This document shows, piece by piece, positions 37,801 through 46,855 of a stretch of DNA of 64,000 nucleotides. This DNA comes from Bacteroidales bacterium (GTDB lineage: Bacteria > Bacteroidota > Bacteroidia > Bacteroidales > UBA4417), in contig JBBRYZ010000002.1 of NCBI GenBank assembly GCA_038237165.1, forward strand, positions 9,395 through 73,394, read 5' to 3'. Within the stretch, counting starts at the first letter, position 1. Every line of letters begins with the position of its first letter. The position numbers were made by a program, and so were the translations under genes. The notes under the pieces are model-generated. The model worked only from the letters and a program-made list of their open reading frames with translations. It was not told where the DNA came from and did no database searches.

Positions 37801-38838
37801 ATGGCTGATTTATCAACCCAATACCTCGGACTGAAATTAAAAAATCCGTTAATAGTAGGCAGTTCGGGAATGACAGGAACCATTGCCGGTGTAAAGCATG
37901 CCGCCGAAAATGGTGCAGGTGCCGTGGTTTTAAAATCCATTTTCGAAGAGCAGATCCTTCACGAAATGGAAAGCTATTTAAATGATTCTGAAAAAGATAA
38001 CGGCAATTCATTTAACAAAGGATATCAATCCGTTCTGAACGAAAGGGAATACGACCATGAAGAAGCCTACCTGTACCTGGCCGATCATGCCAAAAATCTG
38101 ACTCTGGAAAAATACCTGGCATTTGTTAAAGAGGCTAAAGAAGCCGTCGATATTCCTGTAATTGCAAGCATCAACTGCACCTCAGCCTACGACTGGCATT
38201 ACTTTGCCCGCAAGATCGAAGAAGCCGACGCCGATGCACTTGAGCTGAATGTGTATGTGCTTCCATCGAATACCATGAAGAATTCGGCTGAAAACGAAAA
38301 GATTTATTTTGATATAATCGAAGCCGTACTGAAACAGGTTAAAATACCGGTATCCTTAAAAATGGGGTATTATTTTTCTGGTCTGGCAACCACTGCCATT
38401 GAGCTTTCGAAAACCGGAATCAGCGGACTTGTTCTTTTCAACAGACCATTTCACCCGGATATTGACATTGATAAACTTGAAGTAAACTCCAAATATCTGC
38501 TGAGCGATCCTTCGGAATATTCACAGGTTCTGCGTTGGATCGCCATTTTATCAAGCAGGGTTGAGTGCCCGCTTGTAGCCACCACAGGAATTCATACCGC
38601 CGAATCAGCTATAAAACAATTACTTGCTGGAGCTACTGCTTTTGAAGTTGTTTCGGCTGTTTATAAAAATGGATACCCTGAAATATCAACTATTTTGAAA
38701 GGAATTGAGAAGTGGATGGACAGCAAAGGATATAAAACCATTGATAGTTTCAGGGGAAAAATGAATCAGCAAAATATCAGTAACCCGGCTGAGTTCGAAA
38801 GGGTTCAGTTTATGAAGTTGTATTCGGAGATTGTGTAG
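37801..38838 (+). CDS. dihydroorotate dehydrogenase-like flavoprotein (class-1 PyrD-like TIM barrel)
   Basis: LSTQYLGLKLKNPLIVGSSG at the N-terminus, and ALELNV and GATAFEVVSAV motifs typical of DHOD/DPD-type FMN barrels, with a C-terminal extension. Confidence 0.7.
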   Translation: MADLSTQYLGLKLKNPLIVGSSGMTGTIAGVKHAAENGAGAVVLKSIFEEQILHEMESYLNDSEKDNGNSFNKGYQSVLNEREYDHEEAYLYLADHAKNLTLEKYLAFVKEAKEAVDIPVIASINCTSAYDWHYFARKIEEADADALELNVYVLPSNTMKNSAENEKIYFDIIEAVLKQVKIPVSLKMGYYFSGLATTAIELSKTGISGLVLFNRPFHPDIDIDKLEVNSKYLLSDPSEYSQVLRWIAILSSRVECPLVATTGIHTAESAIKQLLAGATAFEVVSAVYKNGYPEISTILKGIEKWMDSKGYKTIDSFRGKMNQQNISNPAEFERVQFMKLYSEIV

Positions 38839-38945
38839 AATGCAGGATTTTCAACTGGAACGCGGATGACGCGGAAAGAACGGATAATCGTGGATTTATG
38901 ATGTCGGATGTTAGCTTGCAGACTAGGAATAGTATAACTTGAACC

Positions 38946-38982
38946 TAAAAAAAACCTGCTCTAAAGGCAGGTCTTTTTTTTT
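38946..38982. terminator. bidirectional rho-independent terminator
   Basis: A8-ACCTGC(7 nt)GCAGGT-C-T9, between the convergent DHOD-like gene and the last hdr/flx gene. Confidence 0.75.
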
Positions 38983-39820
38983 AATATTCGTCAGGTAACT
39001 CCTTTAGTTGTGTGCGGGTAAAAACGGGTCCGTCCTTGCAGACAAAAACTTTTCCTACATTGCAACGGCCACATTTGCCAAGGCCGCATTTCATACGGTT
39101 TTCAAGAGTGGTATAAACCTGGTCATCCGTAAAGCCATATTTTTCGAGTACAGGGAATGTAAATTTGATCATGACCGGAGGACCGCAAACAATGGCGATT
39201 GTGTTTTCACCTACCGGTTTCATCCGGTCGAGAATGGTTGGCACAAATCCGATCTCACCTTTCCAGTCGGGGGTTTCGCCGCCCGGGTCAACGGTTGTAA
39301 CCAGATTCACATCAGGGCGGGCTTTCCATTCGTCGAGTTCGTTTTTATAAACTAAATCGTTAACGGATTTGGCACCATAAAGTATCGAAATATCTTTAAA
39401 GTTTTCTCTTTGATCCAGACACGACCAGATGACGCTGCGCATGGGAGGCAATGCAATTCCGCCTGCAATAAAGAGAAGATTTTTACCTTTCCATTCATCG
39501 ATGGGGAAAATATTTCCGTAAGGTCCGCGGAAGCCAATGGTGTCGCCTTCGTTAAGACTGGCCAGTTCCGAAGTTACCCTTCCGGCTTCACGGAAAGTAC
39601 ATTCGATATATCCATTCCGGGTATGTGGCGAAGCAACGCAAAAGGTAACTTCTCCTTCGCCGAAAACGGAATACTCGCCGAATTGCCCGGTATGGAAAGA
39701 GAAATTATTTCCTTCCTCTTCGTTGGTAAATTTCAACCGGAATGTTTTGACCATGGGTGCCTCCTCAGTGATTTTCTCAATCTCCATCAGGTAAGGCTGG
39801 TAAATATTCTGTTGCTCCAT
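38981..39820 (-). CDS. flxA: FAD/NAD(P)-binding 2Fe-2S oxidoreductase subunit (FlxA / AsrB / HydG-like)
   Basis: 279 aa with a ferredoxin-reductase-type fold and C-terminal CGLGKCGRCNVG cluster motif. It is the last gene of the hdr/flx cluster. Confidence 0.7.
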   Translation of the reverse strand: MEQQNIYQPYLMEIEKITEEAPMVKTFRLKFTNEEEGNNFSFHTGQFGEYSVFGEGEVTFCVASPHTRNGYIECTFREAGRVTSELASLNEGDTIGFRGPYGNIFPIDEWKGKNLLFIAGGIALPPMRSVIWSCLDQRENFKDISILYGAKSVNDLVYKNELDEWKARPDVNLVTTVDPGGETPDWKGEIGFVPTILDRMKPVGENTIAIVCGPPVMIKFTFPVLEKYGFTDDQVYTTLENRMKCGLGKCGRCNVGKVFVCKDGPVFTRTQLKELPDEY

Positions 39821-39850
39821 GTTGTGTGTATGCGGGGTTATTTATATTAG

Positions 39851-39960
39851 TATTTAGTACTTGGTGCCTGGTACTTGGTGTCTGGTGCCTGGTGTCTTGT
39901 GCTTGGTGCTTGGTGCTTGGTACTATTCACTATTCACTATGCACTATGCGCTATGCGCTA
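39851..39960. repeat. 16-unit phase-locked heptamer array inside the hdr/flx operon
   Basis: tatttag tacttgg tgcctgg tacttgg tgtctgg tgcctgg tgtcttg tgcttgg x3 tactatt cactatt cactatg x2 cgctatg cgcta. The last unit contains the flxB-like stop codon. Confidence 0.95.
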
Positions 39961-40995
39961 CGCACTTAAAATTACCTGACTACCTATTTCACTCAAATGC
40001 TCCTTAATATTCATATCCACCGGGCAGGCTCTTGAACATCGTCCGCAGCCTTCGCAACCTACAACATGAAGTTGTTCTGGCATGTAAGCAAACTTATGCA
40101 TGATGCGTTGGCGCCAGCGTTGGCTTTGAACTTCCCTTGGATTGTGACCGGAGGTATGTAACGTGAACAGCGAAAATCCACATGAATCCCAAAGACGGAG
40201 ACGTACTCCTTTTTTGGTGTTCTGCTCATCCTGAAAATCGAAACAGGCACAGGTAGGGCAAACAAAAGCACATGCCCCGCAACCAATGCATCGGAGAGAT
40301 TGCTCAAGCCATAAAGCTGCATTATTAAAGGAAGCGGTTGTATTTTTAACTACCGAATTCACATCAAATACAACTTTTACATCGGCAAGAAATTTACTCT
40401 TATCAATGTCGCTTTTTGCATCGGTGAGAAGATCTGTGAAAACAGTTGCCAGCTTAATGCCTTTTTCGGTAAGGATTTCAACAAGAATTTCATCTTTGCT
40501 GATTCCTGTAAACTGAAGGTCGCTGCCCGCCGTATTGCCCGGTCCGCCGCCCACTGAAGTGCAGAAACAATATTCATCAGCCGTAGGGCAGGAAAAAGAA
40601 ATAATAGTGGTCTTCTCCTTTTTCTTCAAATATAGTTCATCCTTGGGAGTATCACCAAAAATGGCATCAAGCGATTTAAAACCGGAAGCGTCACAGGGTC
40701 TTACTCCGAAAAGAATCGTTTCCTTACAAGTTTCCGGATCAACAGGTGTTTGTTTTACATCTGATTTGCCGAAGGTAAAATCAAGCACTTTTTCCACTTT
40801 AGGAAAAGCTGCTTTCTTAGCCGACTGCGTTGACAATAATGCATCAAGTGCAACATCTTCGAGCGATTCAACCAATTCTATCTCCACGACCTTATCTTTG
40901 CGGACAGGCGCCAGCACAGGATACCCCTGCGAGCGAAACCTTTCAATAAGTTTTGGCAGATCGGTGTATTTCAGTATTTTAAGTTCTTTCTCCAT
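39958..40995 (-). CDS. flxB: 4Fe-4S dicluster protein (FlxB / AsrA / HydB-like)
   Basis: 345 aa. CIGCGACAFVCPTC and CEGCGRCSRACP ferredoxin motifs. Confidence 0.65.
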   Translation of the reverse strand: MEKELKILKYTDLPKLIERFRSQGYPVLAPVRKDKVVEIELVESLEDVALDALLSTQSAKKAAFPKVEKVLDFTFGKSDVKQTPVDPETCKETILFGVRPCDASGFKSLDAIFGDTPKDELYLKKKEKTTIISFSCPTADEYCFCTSVGGGPGNTAGSDLQFTGISKDEILVEILTEKGIKLATVFTDLLTDAKSDIDKSKFLADVKVVFDVNSVVKNTTASFNNAALWLEQSLRCIGCGACAFVCPTCACFDFQDEQNTKKGVRLRLWDSCGFSLFTLHTSGHNPREVQSQRWRQRIMHKFAYMPEQLHVVGCEGCGRCSRACPVDMNIKEHLSEIGSQVILSA

Positions 40996-40998
40996 GGG

Positions 40999-41802
40999 TC
41001 AGATAATGAAATTTTCCTTGTCATCGGGTTTATAAGTTGACAGGGCATAGACGGCATCGGCTTTCATTCCTGCGGTAGCGCCAAAAGTTTCCTGAATGGG
41101 CTGAATCAACTGATAGGTAAGCAGGTTAAGCGGAATATCCATTGGGCAGGCATTGGCACATTCGCCGCAGTTTACACAACGTCCGGCCAGATGCATGGCG
41201 CGCATCAGGTGGTAATCGAGGTTACCGAGTTCGTGGCTGGCAACAGGAATCCACTGCGGCTGATTTACATCCGTAGTACAGCGGTGGCAATAGCACATCG
41301 GGCAGGCAGCACGGCAGGCGTAACACTTAATGCATTTTTCAAATTCCTTGTTCCAAAAAGCCCAACGCTCCTTGACACTCATTGCCTCAAGCAGGGTAAT
41401 CATTTCCTGTTCTTCCGATTTTATTCCAACATCGGTAGTTTCAAGATAGGCTTCGATGGAATGAAAATCAGTGAATTCAGTAAATGAATTATCTGCATTT
41501 GGAAACAAAGCTAAAACCTCTCCATCCTTAATCTGGAATTCAGATGCAAGCTGCATCATACTCCTCAAAGCAGATACATTGGTCAGAATACCAAGTTTAC
41601 CAAGCTTTTTTACTTCATGTTTTAGAAGATAACCAGCCAGATTTTGAGTGCAAGATGCGTCGAAGATCAGTTTACCGGCCTGTTCGGCTGTCCTTATAAA
41701 CGTAGTCCTGATGCGGTCAGCGGAGCCTTTTTCGTAACCGATAAATACATCTATCGTTTTATCGCTTAGTAGCTGCGTTACTTTTTTAATAAGTTCACTC
41801 AT
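40999..41802 (-). CDS. flxC: 4Fe-4S dicluster protein (FlxC-like)
   Basis: CIKCYACRAACPMC and CVNCGECANACP motifs. Start MSELIKK at 41802 gives an ATGAGTGA overlap with the mvhD stop. Confidence 0.6.
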   Translation of the reverse strand: MSELIKKVTQLLSDKTIDVFIGYEKGSADRIRTTFIRTAEQAGKLIFDASCTQNLAGYLLKHEVKKLGKLGILTNVSALRSMMQLASEFQIKDGEVLALFPNADNSFTEFTDFHSIEAYLETTDVGIKSEEQEMITLLEAMSVKERWAFWNKEFEKCIKCYACRAACPMCYCHRCTTDVNQPQWIPVASHELGNLDYHLMRAMHLAGRCVNCGECANACPMDIPLNLLTYQLIQPIQETFGATAGMKADAVYALSTYKPDDKENFII

Positions 41803-42253
41803 GGGTTGCGCCCTCCTCGTTAAATAAAGTGGAAACGGCAATTTTCTTATAACTATCGTTCGGACCGAATTCCTTAATCTTTTTTACTGTGTTATTCACA
41901 ACATCGGCCCACTTGAAACCTTCGGCTGCAGATACCCAGCTGAATTGTATGCGATCGGTTTCTATCCCTGCAAAATTGAGCAGATTGCGGAAAACGATCC
42001 ACCTCCTGCGTGCATGAAAATTGCCGGTACTGTAATGGCAATCATTTGGGTGACACCCCGAAACTATAATTCCGTCGGCTCCGTTTTCAAATGCTTTCAT
42101 CAGTATCATAAAGTCGATACGGCCGGTACATGGGAAACGGATTATTTTCACGTTGGCCGAATACTTGATGCGGCTCGTACCCGTGAGGTCGGCACCGGCA
42201 TAGGTGCACCAGTTACATACAAATGCCACAATTTTTGGTTCAAATTCCTGCAT
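41795..42253 (-). CDS. mvhD: MvhD/FlpD-type hydrogenase iron-sulfur (delta) subunit (FlxD-like)
   Basis: 152 aa. IVAFVCNWCTYAGADLTG...RFPCTGR...SGCHPNDCHY is the signature of the MvhD family. Confidence 0.85.
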   Translation of the reverse strand: MQEFEPKIVAFVCNWCTYAGADLTGTSRIKYSANVKIIRFPCTGRIDFMILMKAFENGADGIIVSGCHPNDCHYSTGNFHARRRWIVFRNLLNFAGIETDRIQFSWVSAAEGFKWADVVNNTVKKIKEFGPNDSYKKIAVSTLFNEEGATHE

Positions 42254-42265
42254 TCTATTCTGCTA

Positions 42266-44266
42266 TTAATCGTTTAATAAAGCCATTACTTCTGTGTAAA
42301 CCTGCTGGTTCGAGTATCCATGTATGTCGATTGCCTTGGTACGGCATAGTGCGACGCATGTTCCGCAGCCCTGGCAAAGTCCTTCGTTCACCCTGGCCAG
42401 AGTTTTGATTACTTCACCGTTTCTGTTTTTGATTTCTTCGCGCTCGATGGCCTGATATGGGCAGACACTCTGGCAAAGGAAACAGCCAACACATTGCGAA
42501 TATACGGGCGGAGCCTGGCGGTTTACCACAGCTACCAGCGGATCGCGGGTTAACAAATCATTGCTGAAAAGAGCAGCAACTTTTACGGCAGCGCCTGACG
42601 CGGCAGCCACCGATTCTGGAATATCTTTCGGAGCCTGACAGGCGCCCGCAAGGAAAATACCGGCAGTATTGGTTTCGACGGGTTTCAGTTTGGGATGTGC
42701 TTCGGCAAAGAATTTATACGAGTCGTACGAAACGTGAACAGTCTGAGCCAGTTCTTCGGCTCCTTTATTTGCTACCCCGGCAGTCGCCAGAACAACCATA
42801 TCGGCTTCAATTTCAATCGGAATACCACCCATCAGCGTATCAGCGCCTTTTACGATCAGTTTGCCATTTTTTTCGTAGATGGTCGAAACACGGCCACGCA
42901 CATAATGTGTTCCGTCCTCAACAATGGTGCGGCGCACAAATTCCTCGTACATCTTCCCTCCTGCCCTGATGTCCATATAAAAAACATAGGGAGTGCCATC
43001 ATGAACCTTGTGTTTGTAAAGCATAGCATGCTTGGCGGTGTACATGCAGCAGATTTTTGAGCAATATTCAATTCCCTTGGCGGGATCGCGTGAACCGGCA
43101 CAGGCAACGAAAACAATCTTTTTAGGAATCTGTCCGTCCGACGGCCTGCGGATTTCACCCTGAGTCGGACCTGATGCAGATGCAAGGCGTTCGAACTGAA
43201 GACCGTCGATTACATCTTTGTATTTCCCATAACCATATTCGGGGAAATAGTCAGGTTTGAGAACATCAAAACCGGTGGCAAGCACAATTGCGCCGACAGC
43301 TACCTGAACAATTTCATCTTCCTGATCGAAACGAATGGCTTTTGTCGGGCAAACGATTTCGCAAACCTTACATTTGCCTTTAATATAATAGGTGCAATTT
43401 TCTCTATCGATAACCGGTTTGTTTGGAACAGCCTGCGGAAAAGGTACATAAATAGCAGGACGGAAACCTAAGCCGCGTTCAAATTCATTGGGAATTTTCT
43501 TTTGAGGACATTTGGTTGTACAAAGTCCACAGCCCGTACAATCGTGCTCGTCAATGCTTTTTGATTTCTTGCGGATTATTACTGTGAAGTTGCCGATGAA
43601 CCCATCCACACTTTCCACTTCGGAATAAGTATGAAGTGTAATATTGGGATGCTGGGCAATTTCAACCATCCTCGGTGTGAGAATACACTGTGAGCAGTCA
43701 AGCGTTGGAAAAGTTTCGGACAACTGCGACATATGACCACCAATGGAAGGTTGTTTTTCGACCATGATCACTTTGTGTCCGCAATTGGCAATATCCAGAG
43801 CAGCCTGTATGCCGGCAATTCCACCACCAATCACTAAGGCGGTTTTTGTTACCGGAACTTTGATAGAGTTTAGCGCTTTATTTTTCTTGACTTTCTCAAC
43901 CATTACCCTTACCAGAGCCTCAGCTTTTTCAGTGGTAAGATCATCTTTGGGATGAACCCATGAGCAATGCTCGCGGATATTCGACATCTCGCAAAGGAAA
44001 GGATTCAAACCCGCTTCGGCGCAGGCTTTACGGAAAGTCGGCTCATGCATACGAGGCGAACACGCAGCTACCACAACACCATCCAGTTTATGCTCCTTGA
44101 TTGCATCTTTCAGCATTGTCTGACCGGGGTCGGAACACATATATTTATAATCGGTGGCAAATTCAACACCTTTGAGTTCACCAGTGATTTTGGCAACTTT
44201 TTCGCAATTTACCGTGGCTGAAATATTTTCACCACAGTGACAAACAAAAACTCCTATCCGCGACAT
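42266..44266 (-). CDS. hdrA: heterodisulfide reductase subunit A-like flavoprotein
   Basis: 666 aa. FAD motif VIGGGIAGIQAA, several CxxCxxCxxxCP clusters, HdrA-typical length. Confidence 0.9.
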   Translation of the reverse strand: MSRIGVFVCHCGENISATVNCEKVAKITGELKGVEFATDYKYMCSDPGQTMLKDAIKEHKLDGVVVAACSPRMHEPTFRKACAEAGLNPFLCEMSNIREHCSWVHPKDDLTTEKAEALVRVMVEKVKKNKALNSIKVPVTKTALVIGGGIAGIQAALDIANCGHKVIMVEKQPSIGGHMSQLSETFPTLDCSQCILTPRMVEIAQHPNITLHTYSEVESVDGFIGNFTVIIRKKSKSIDEHDCTGCGLCTTKCPQKKIPNEFERGLGFRPAIYVPFPQAVPNKPVIDRENCTYYIKGKCKVCEIVCPTKAIRFDQEDEIVQVAVGAIVLATGFDVLKPDYFPEYGYGKYKDVIDGLQFERLASASGPTQGEIRRPSDGQIPKKIVFVACAGSRDPAKGIEYCSKICCMYTAKHAMLYKHKVHDGTPYVFYMDIRAGGKMYEEFVRRTIVEDGTHYVRGRVSTIYEKNGKLIVKGADTLMGGIPIEIEADMVVLATAGVANKGAEELAQTVHVSYDSYKFFAEAHPKLKPVETNTAGIFLAGACQAPKDIPESVAAASGAAVKVAALFSNDLLTRDPLVAVVNRQAPPVYSQCVGCFLCQSVCPYQAIEREEIKNRNGEVIKTLARVNEGLCQGCGTCVALCRTKAIDIHGYSNQQVYTEVMALLND

Positions 44267-44268
44267 GT

Positions 44269-45186
44269 TTAAGCCTCCGTTTTTTGAGTGGTTACTACTT
44301 TCCTGGCAACTTCTGCAACCGGAATTTCCTTTATGGGACGATCCGGCAGATTTACTTCTGTCATATGCCTGTTAATTCCAAGTGATTTAGCATCAAGCCC
44401 GACGGCAAGTCCCAATACCTGTGAAATATACAAAACCGGAATATCAATTTTCTCGCTGAGGAATTTATTGATTTCCGGGCGACGCATATCCAGGTTCGAA
44501 TGACACATAGGGCAAGCCACCACTACTACTTCGGCTTCCCGGTCGTTTGCATCTTTCATTATATTTCCTGACAAACGGGCAACAGTATCGGTACGTGAAA
44601 CCGACATTCCGGCTCCGCAGCATTCCGTTTTAAAAGCCCAGTCAATCGCATTTCCACCGGCTTTCCTCACTAGTACATCCATGCTTTGCGGATCTTCAAC
44701 CCTATCGAATTTAAGGATGGAATGCGGACGAACCAGAAGGCAACCGTAATAACAAGCTGTTTTGTAATCAAAAGGCTTTACCACTTTTTCTTCCAGCCTG
44801 TCAGTTATATATTTGTCGATAAACTGAATAATATTAAGGATATGTGTGGTTCCCTCATATTTCATATCGATAATTGAAGCGACTTTTGAAGATAAAGAAG
44901 GATCTTCTTCAAGTTCATGCTTAACTAGCGAAAGCCGGTTGTAACAGGCAGCACAAGGAACAACGATATCCGTGATGCCTTCCCTTTCGGCCAAAGCCAT
45001 AATCCGGGCCGGCAAGCTGAGCGACAATTCCTTGTTAAGGTTATGAGCCGCAGTGGCTCCGCAGCAGTTCCAGTCAGGAATTTCGACAAGCTCTATATCA
45101 AATACTTTTGCCAGGGCTGTAACCGATTCCTGGTATTCCTGAGCGCCACCTTTCATGGAGCAACCCGGATAAAATCCTACTTTCAT
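44269..45186 (-). CDS. hdrB: heterodisulfide reductase subunit B-like (two CCG domains)
   Basis: 305 aa. Two CCG motifs (WNCCGA, TECCGAG) plus PCAACY and CPMCH. Confidence 0.9.
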   Translation of the reverse strand: MKVGFYPGCSMKGGAQEYQESVTALAKVFDIELVEIPDWNCCGATAAHNLNKELSLSLPARIMALAEREGITDIVVPCAACYNRLSLVKHELEEDPSLSSKVASIIDMKYEGTTHILNIIQFIDKYITDRLEEKVVKPFDYKTACYYGCLLVRPHSILKFDRVEDPQSMDVLVRKAGGNAIDWAFKTECCGAGMSVSRTDTVARLSGNIMKDANDREAEVVVVACPMCHSNLDMRRPEINKFLSEKIDIPVLYISQVLGLAVGLDAKSLGINRHMTEVNLPDRPIKEIPVAEVARKVVTTQKTEA

Positions 45187-45764
45187 TGTTTACCCTCCTC
45201 TTTCTTAATCTGAACTTTATTAAAAATAGCAGCTACCTTTTTCCTTCCCTTTATAATTTCGGGAATGGGATTCAGCTTTCCCTTGAAAAACATTTTGGGG
45301 GCAATAGCTACATCCTGCATCATGGCTCCTGTTCGCATTTTATAATCAACGATCAGTCCCATTTCATAAAGTCTGCCCGTATAATTGATCGAATCGAGAA
45401 ATGATTTATGAAATGATATTATCTTTTTGGCCAGTGGATTTGTCTTTTTGGCTTTCACCGATTTCTGCCTCAGGTTATCCATGATGGTGGGAATATCAAT
45501 TTCCATCGGGCAACGGGTAAGACACATCTCACAACTCACACATAGCCATATGGACATGGATTTCAATAGCTTTTCATAATGAACAGGTTCGTCAGTCTGT
45601 AGCATCCGCATCACAAGGCTGGGCGGATAATCCATTTCGGTTGCTACCGGACAGCCAGCCGAACATTTGCCGCACTGGTAACATTTATTAATGATCACGC
45701 CGGTTTCCATCTGCATTTCGCCGCTGAGGGATAAAGGGTGACTTATTTCGAGTGAAGCGGACAT
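45183..45764 (-). CDS. hdrC: heterodisulfide reductase subunit C-like
   Basis: 193 aa. CYQCGKCSAGCP and CVSCEMCLTRCP motifs. A 4-nt ATGA overlap with hdrB. Confidence 0.85.
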   Translation of the reverse strand: MSASLEISHPLSLSGEMQMETGVIINKCYQCGKCSAGCPVATEMDYPPSLVMRMLQTDEPVHYEKLLKSMSIWLCVSCEMCLTRCPMEIDIPTIMDNLRQKSVKAKKTNPLAKKIISFHKSFLDSINYTGRLYEMGLIVDYKMRTGAMMQDVAIAPKMFFKGKLNPIPEIIKGRKKVAAIFNKVQIKKEEGKQ

Positions 45765-46336
45765 AAAACTAGATTTCGCTTAGGTTAAACATATTTTCCA
45801 GAATACTTTTTCTTTAATAATAGCATTTATCTCACATCAATCATGATAGTTACGATCATAAATCAGCCAGCCCATTCGAGCCGGAAATCAAAATCGGAAA
45901 GTTACCTGAAGAAAGAAAAGATGATGACACTGTTGTTCAGAATTAAGATTCTTCTGTTATTCAATTCACAGGCAAAATTAATATATTGAACAAACCAAAT
46001 ATGATTTTTTGCAATTTATAATGCTTTTAAATAGAGCACTTTCATGGGTTCCGAAGGTATCTCCATTCAACATATCGCCTGCTTTTATATCCAAAGCAGA
46101 AAAATGCCAATCAGGGGTTATGTCTTTTTTATATTTCAACAAAGCCCTGAAATGGCTATTTCTTTCCAACTTTTGATTCAAATGGAAAAGTATTTTTCAT
46201 AAAACCAGAAATCCAATGTTAACAAAAAAAAATGCATTCCGACATTTTTAATCCTCTGAATATTTACTCAAGCAACAAATTCAATCGAAAGATAAACTCC
46301 GTAAAGTTATTATTGTATAAAGTGCGGGTAGTTTAT

Positions 46337-46344
46337 TACTTTTG
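46337..46344 (+). promoter_or_regulatory. -7 box (TACTTTTG) for tatA
   Basis: TAnnTTTG 27 nt upstream of ATG 46371. Confidence 0.5.
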
Positions 46345-46370
46345 TGGGGTAAAATTTAAAACTCCTGATT

Positions 46371-46787
46371 ATGTCCGGATTACCGGTACTCTTATTTTTT
46401 GACATAAGCGGTGGCGAACTGCTTATTATAATGGTGGTTGTATTCCTGGTTTTCGGACCTGAGAAAATGCCTGAAATGGCCCGCAAAGCCGGACGTCTGA
46501 TGAACCAGATGAAAAAAGCTTCAAGCGATCTGACCAACGAATTCAAGAAAGAAACTTCGGTTATTCAGAACGAAATCAACGCTGCTCATGCCAAGGTTGA
46601 TGAACAGATCGATAGTGTGCGCCGTGAAGTTAACCGCACAAAAGCACAGGTTGCTAATGATATGAATGTTGAAATCAAACCTGTAACAGAAGCTGACCCA
46701 GTAACTTCAACCGAAGGATCTTTAGCAGATAACCAGGTTCATACTGTGCCTTCAAAAACTGAGACCAATACCTCGAAAAAGGAATAA
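46371..46787 (+). CDS. tatA: twin-arginine translocase TatA/TatB/TatE-family protein
   Basis: N-terminal TM helix followed by FGPEKMPEMARKAG and an amphipathic helix. 138 aa. Confidence 0.8.
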   Translation: MSGLPVLLFFDISGGELLIIMVVVFLVFGPEKMPEMARKAGRLMNQMKKASSDLTNEFKKETSVIQNEINAAHAKVDEQIDSVRREVNRTKAQVANDMNVEIKPVTEADPVTSTEGSLADNQVHTVPSKTETNTSKKE

Positions 46788-46855
46788 TAAAATCATTTGA
46801 ATTCCGTTTTTAGTAACAGTAAAACATCATTCCTGATCAGTACATATCAAATAAG

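Noticed and set aside
41795-41841. 47-nt overlap between mvhD and the downstream Fe-S gene suggested by the ORF track
   Set aside because: The internal ATG at 41802 (MSELIKK...) gives a typical 8-nt ATGAGTGA coupling overlap. The longer N-terminus (MPFPLYLTRRAQP) has no support.
45978-46181. 67-aa minus-strand ORF in the hdr upstream region
   Set aside because: It has no recognisable family and no promoter box or partner genes. It might be real, but the sequence alone gives no support.
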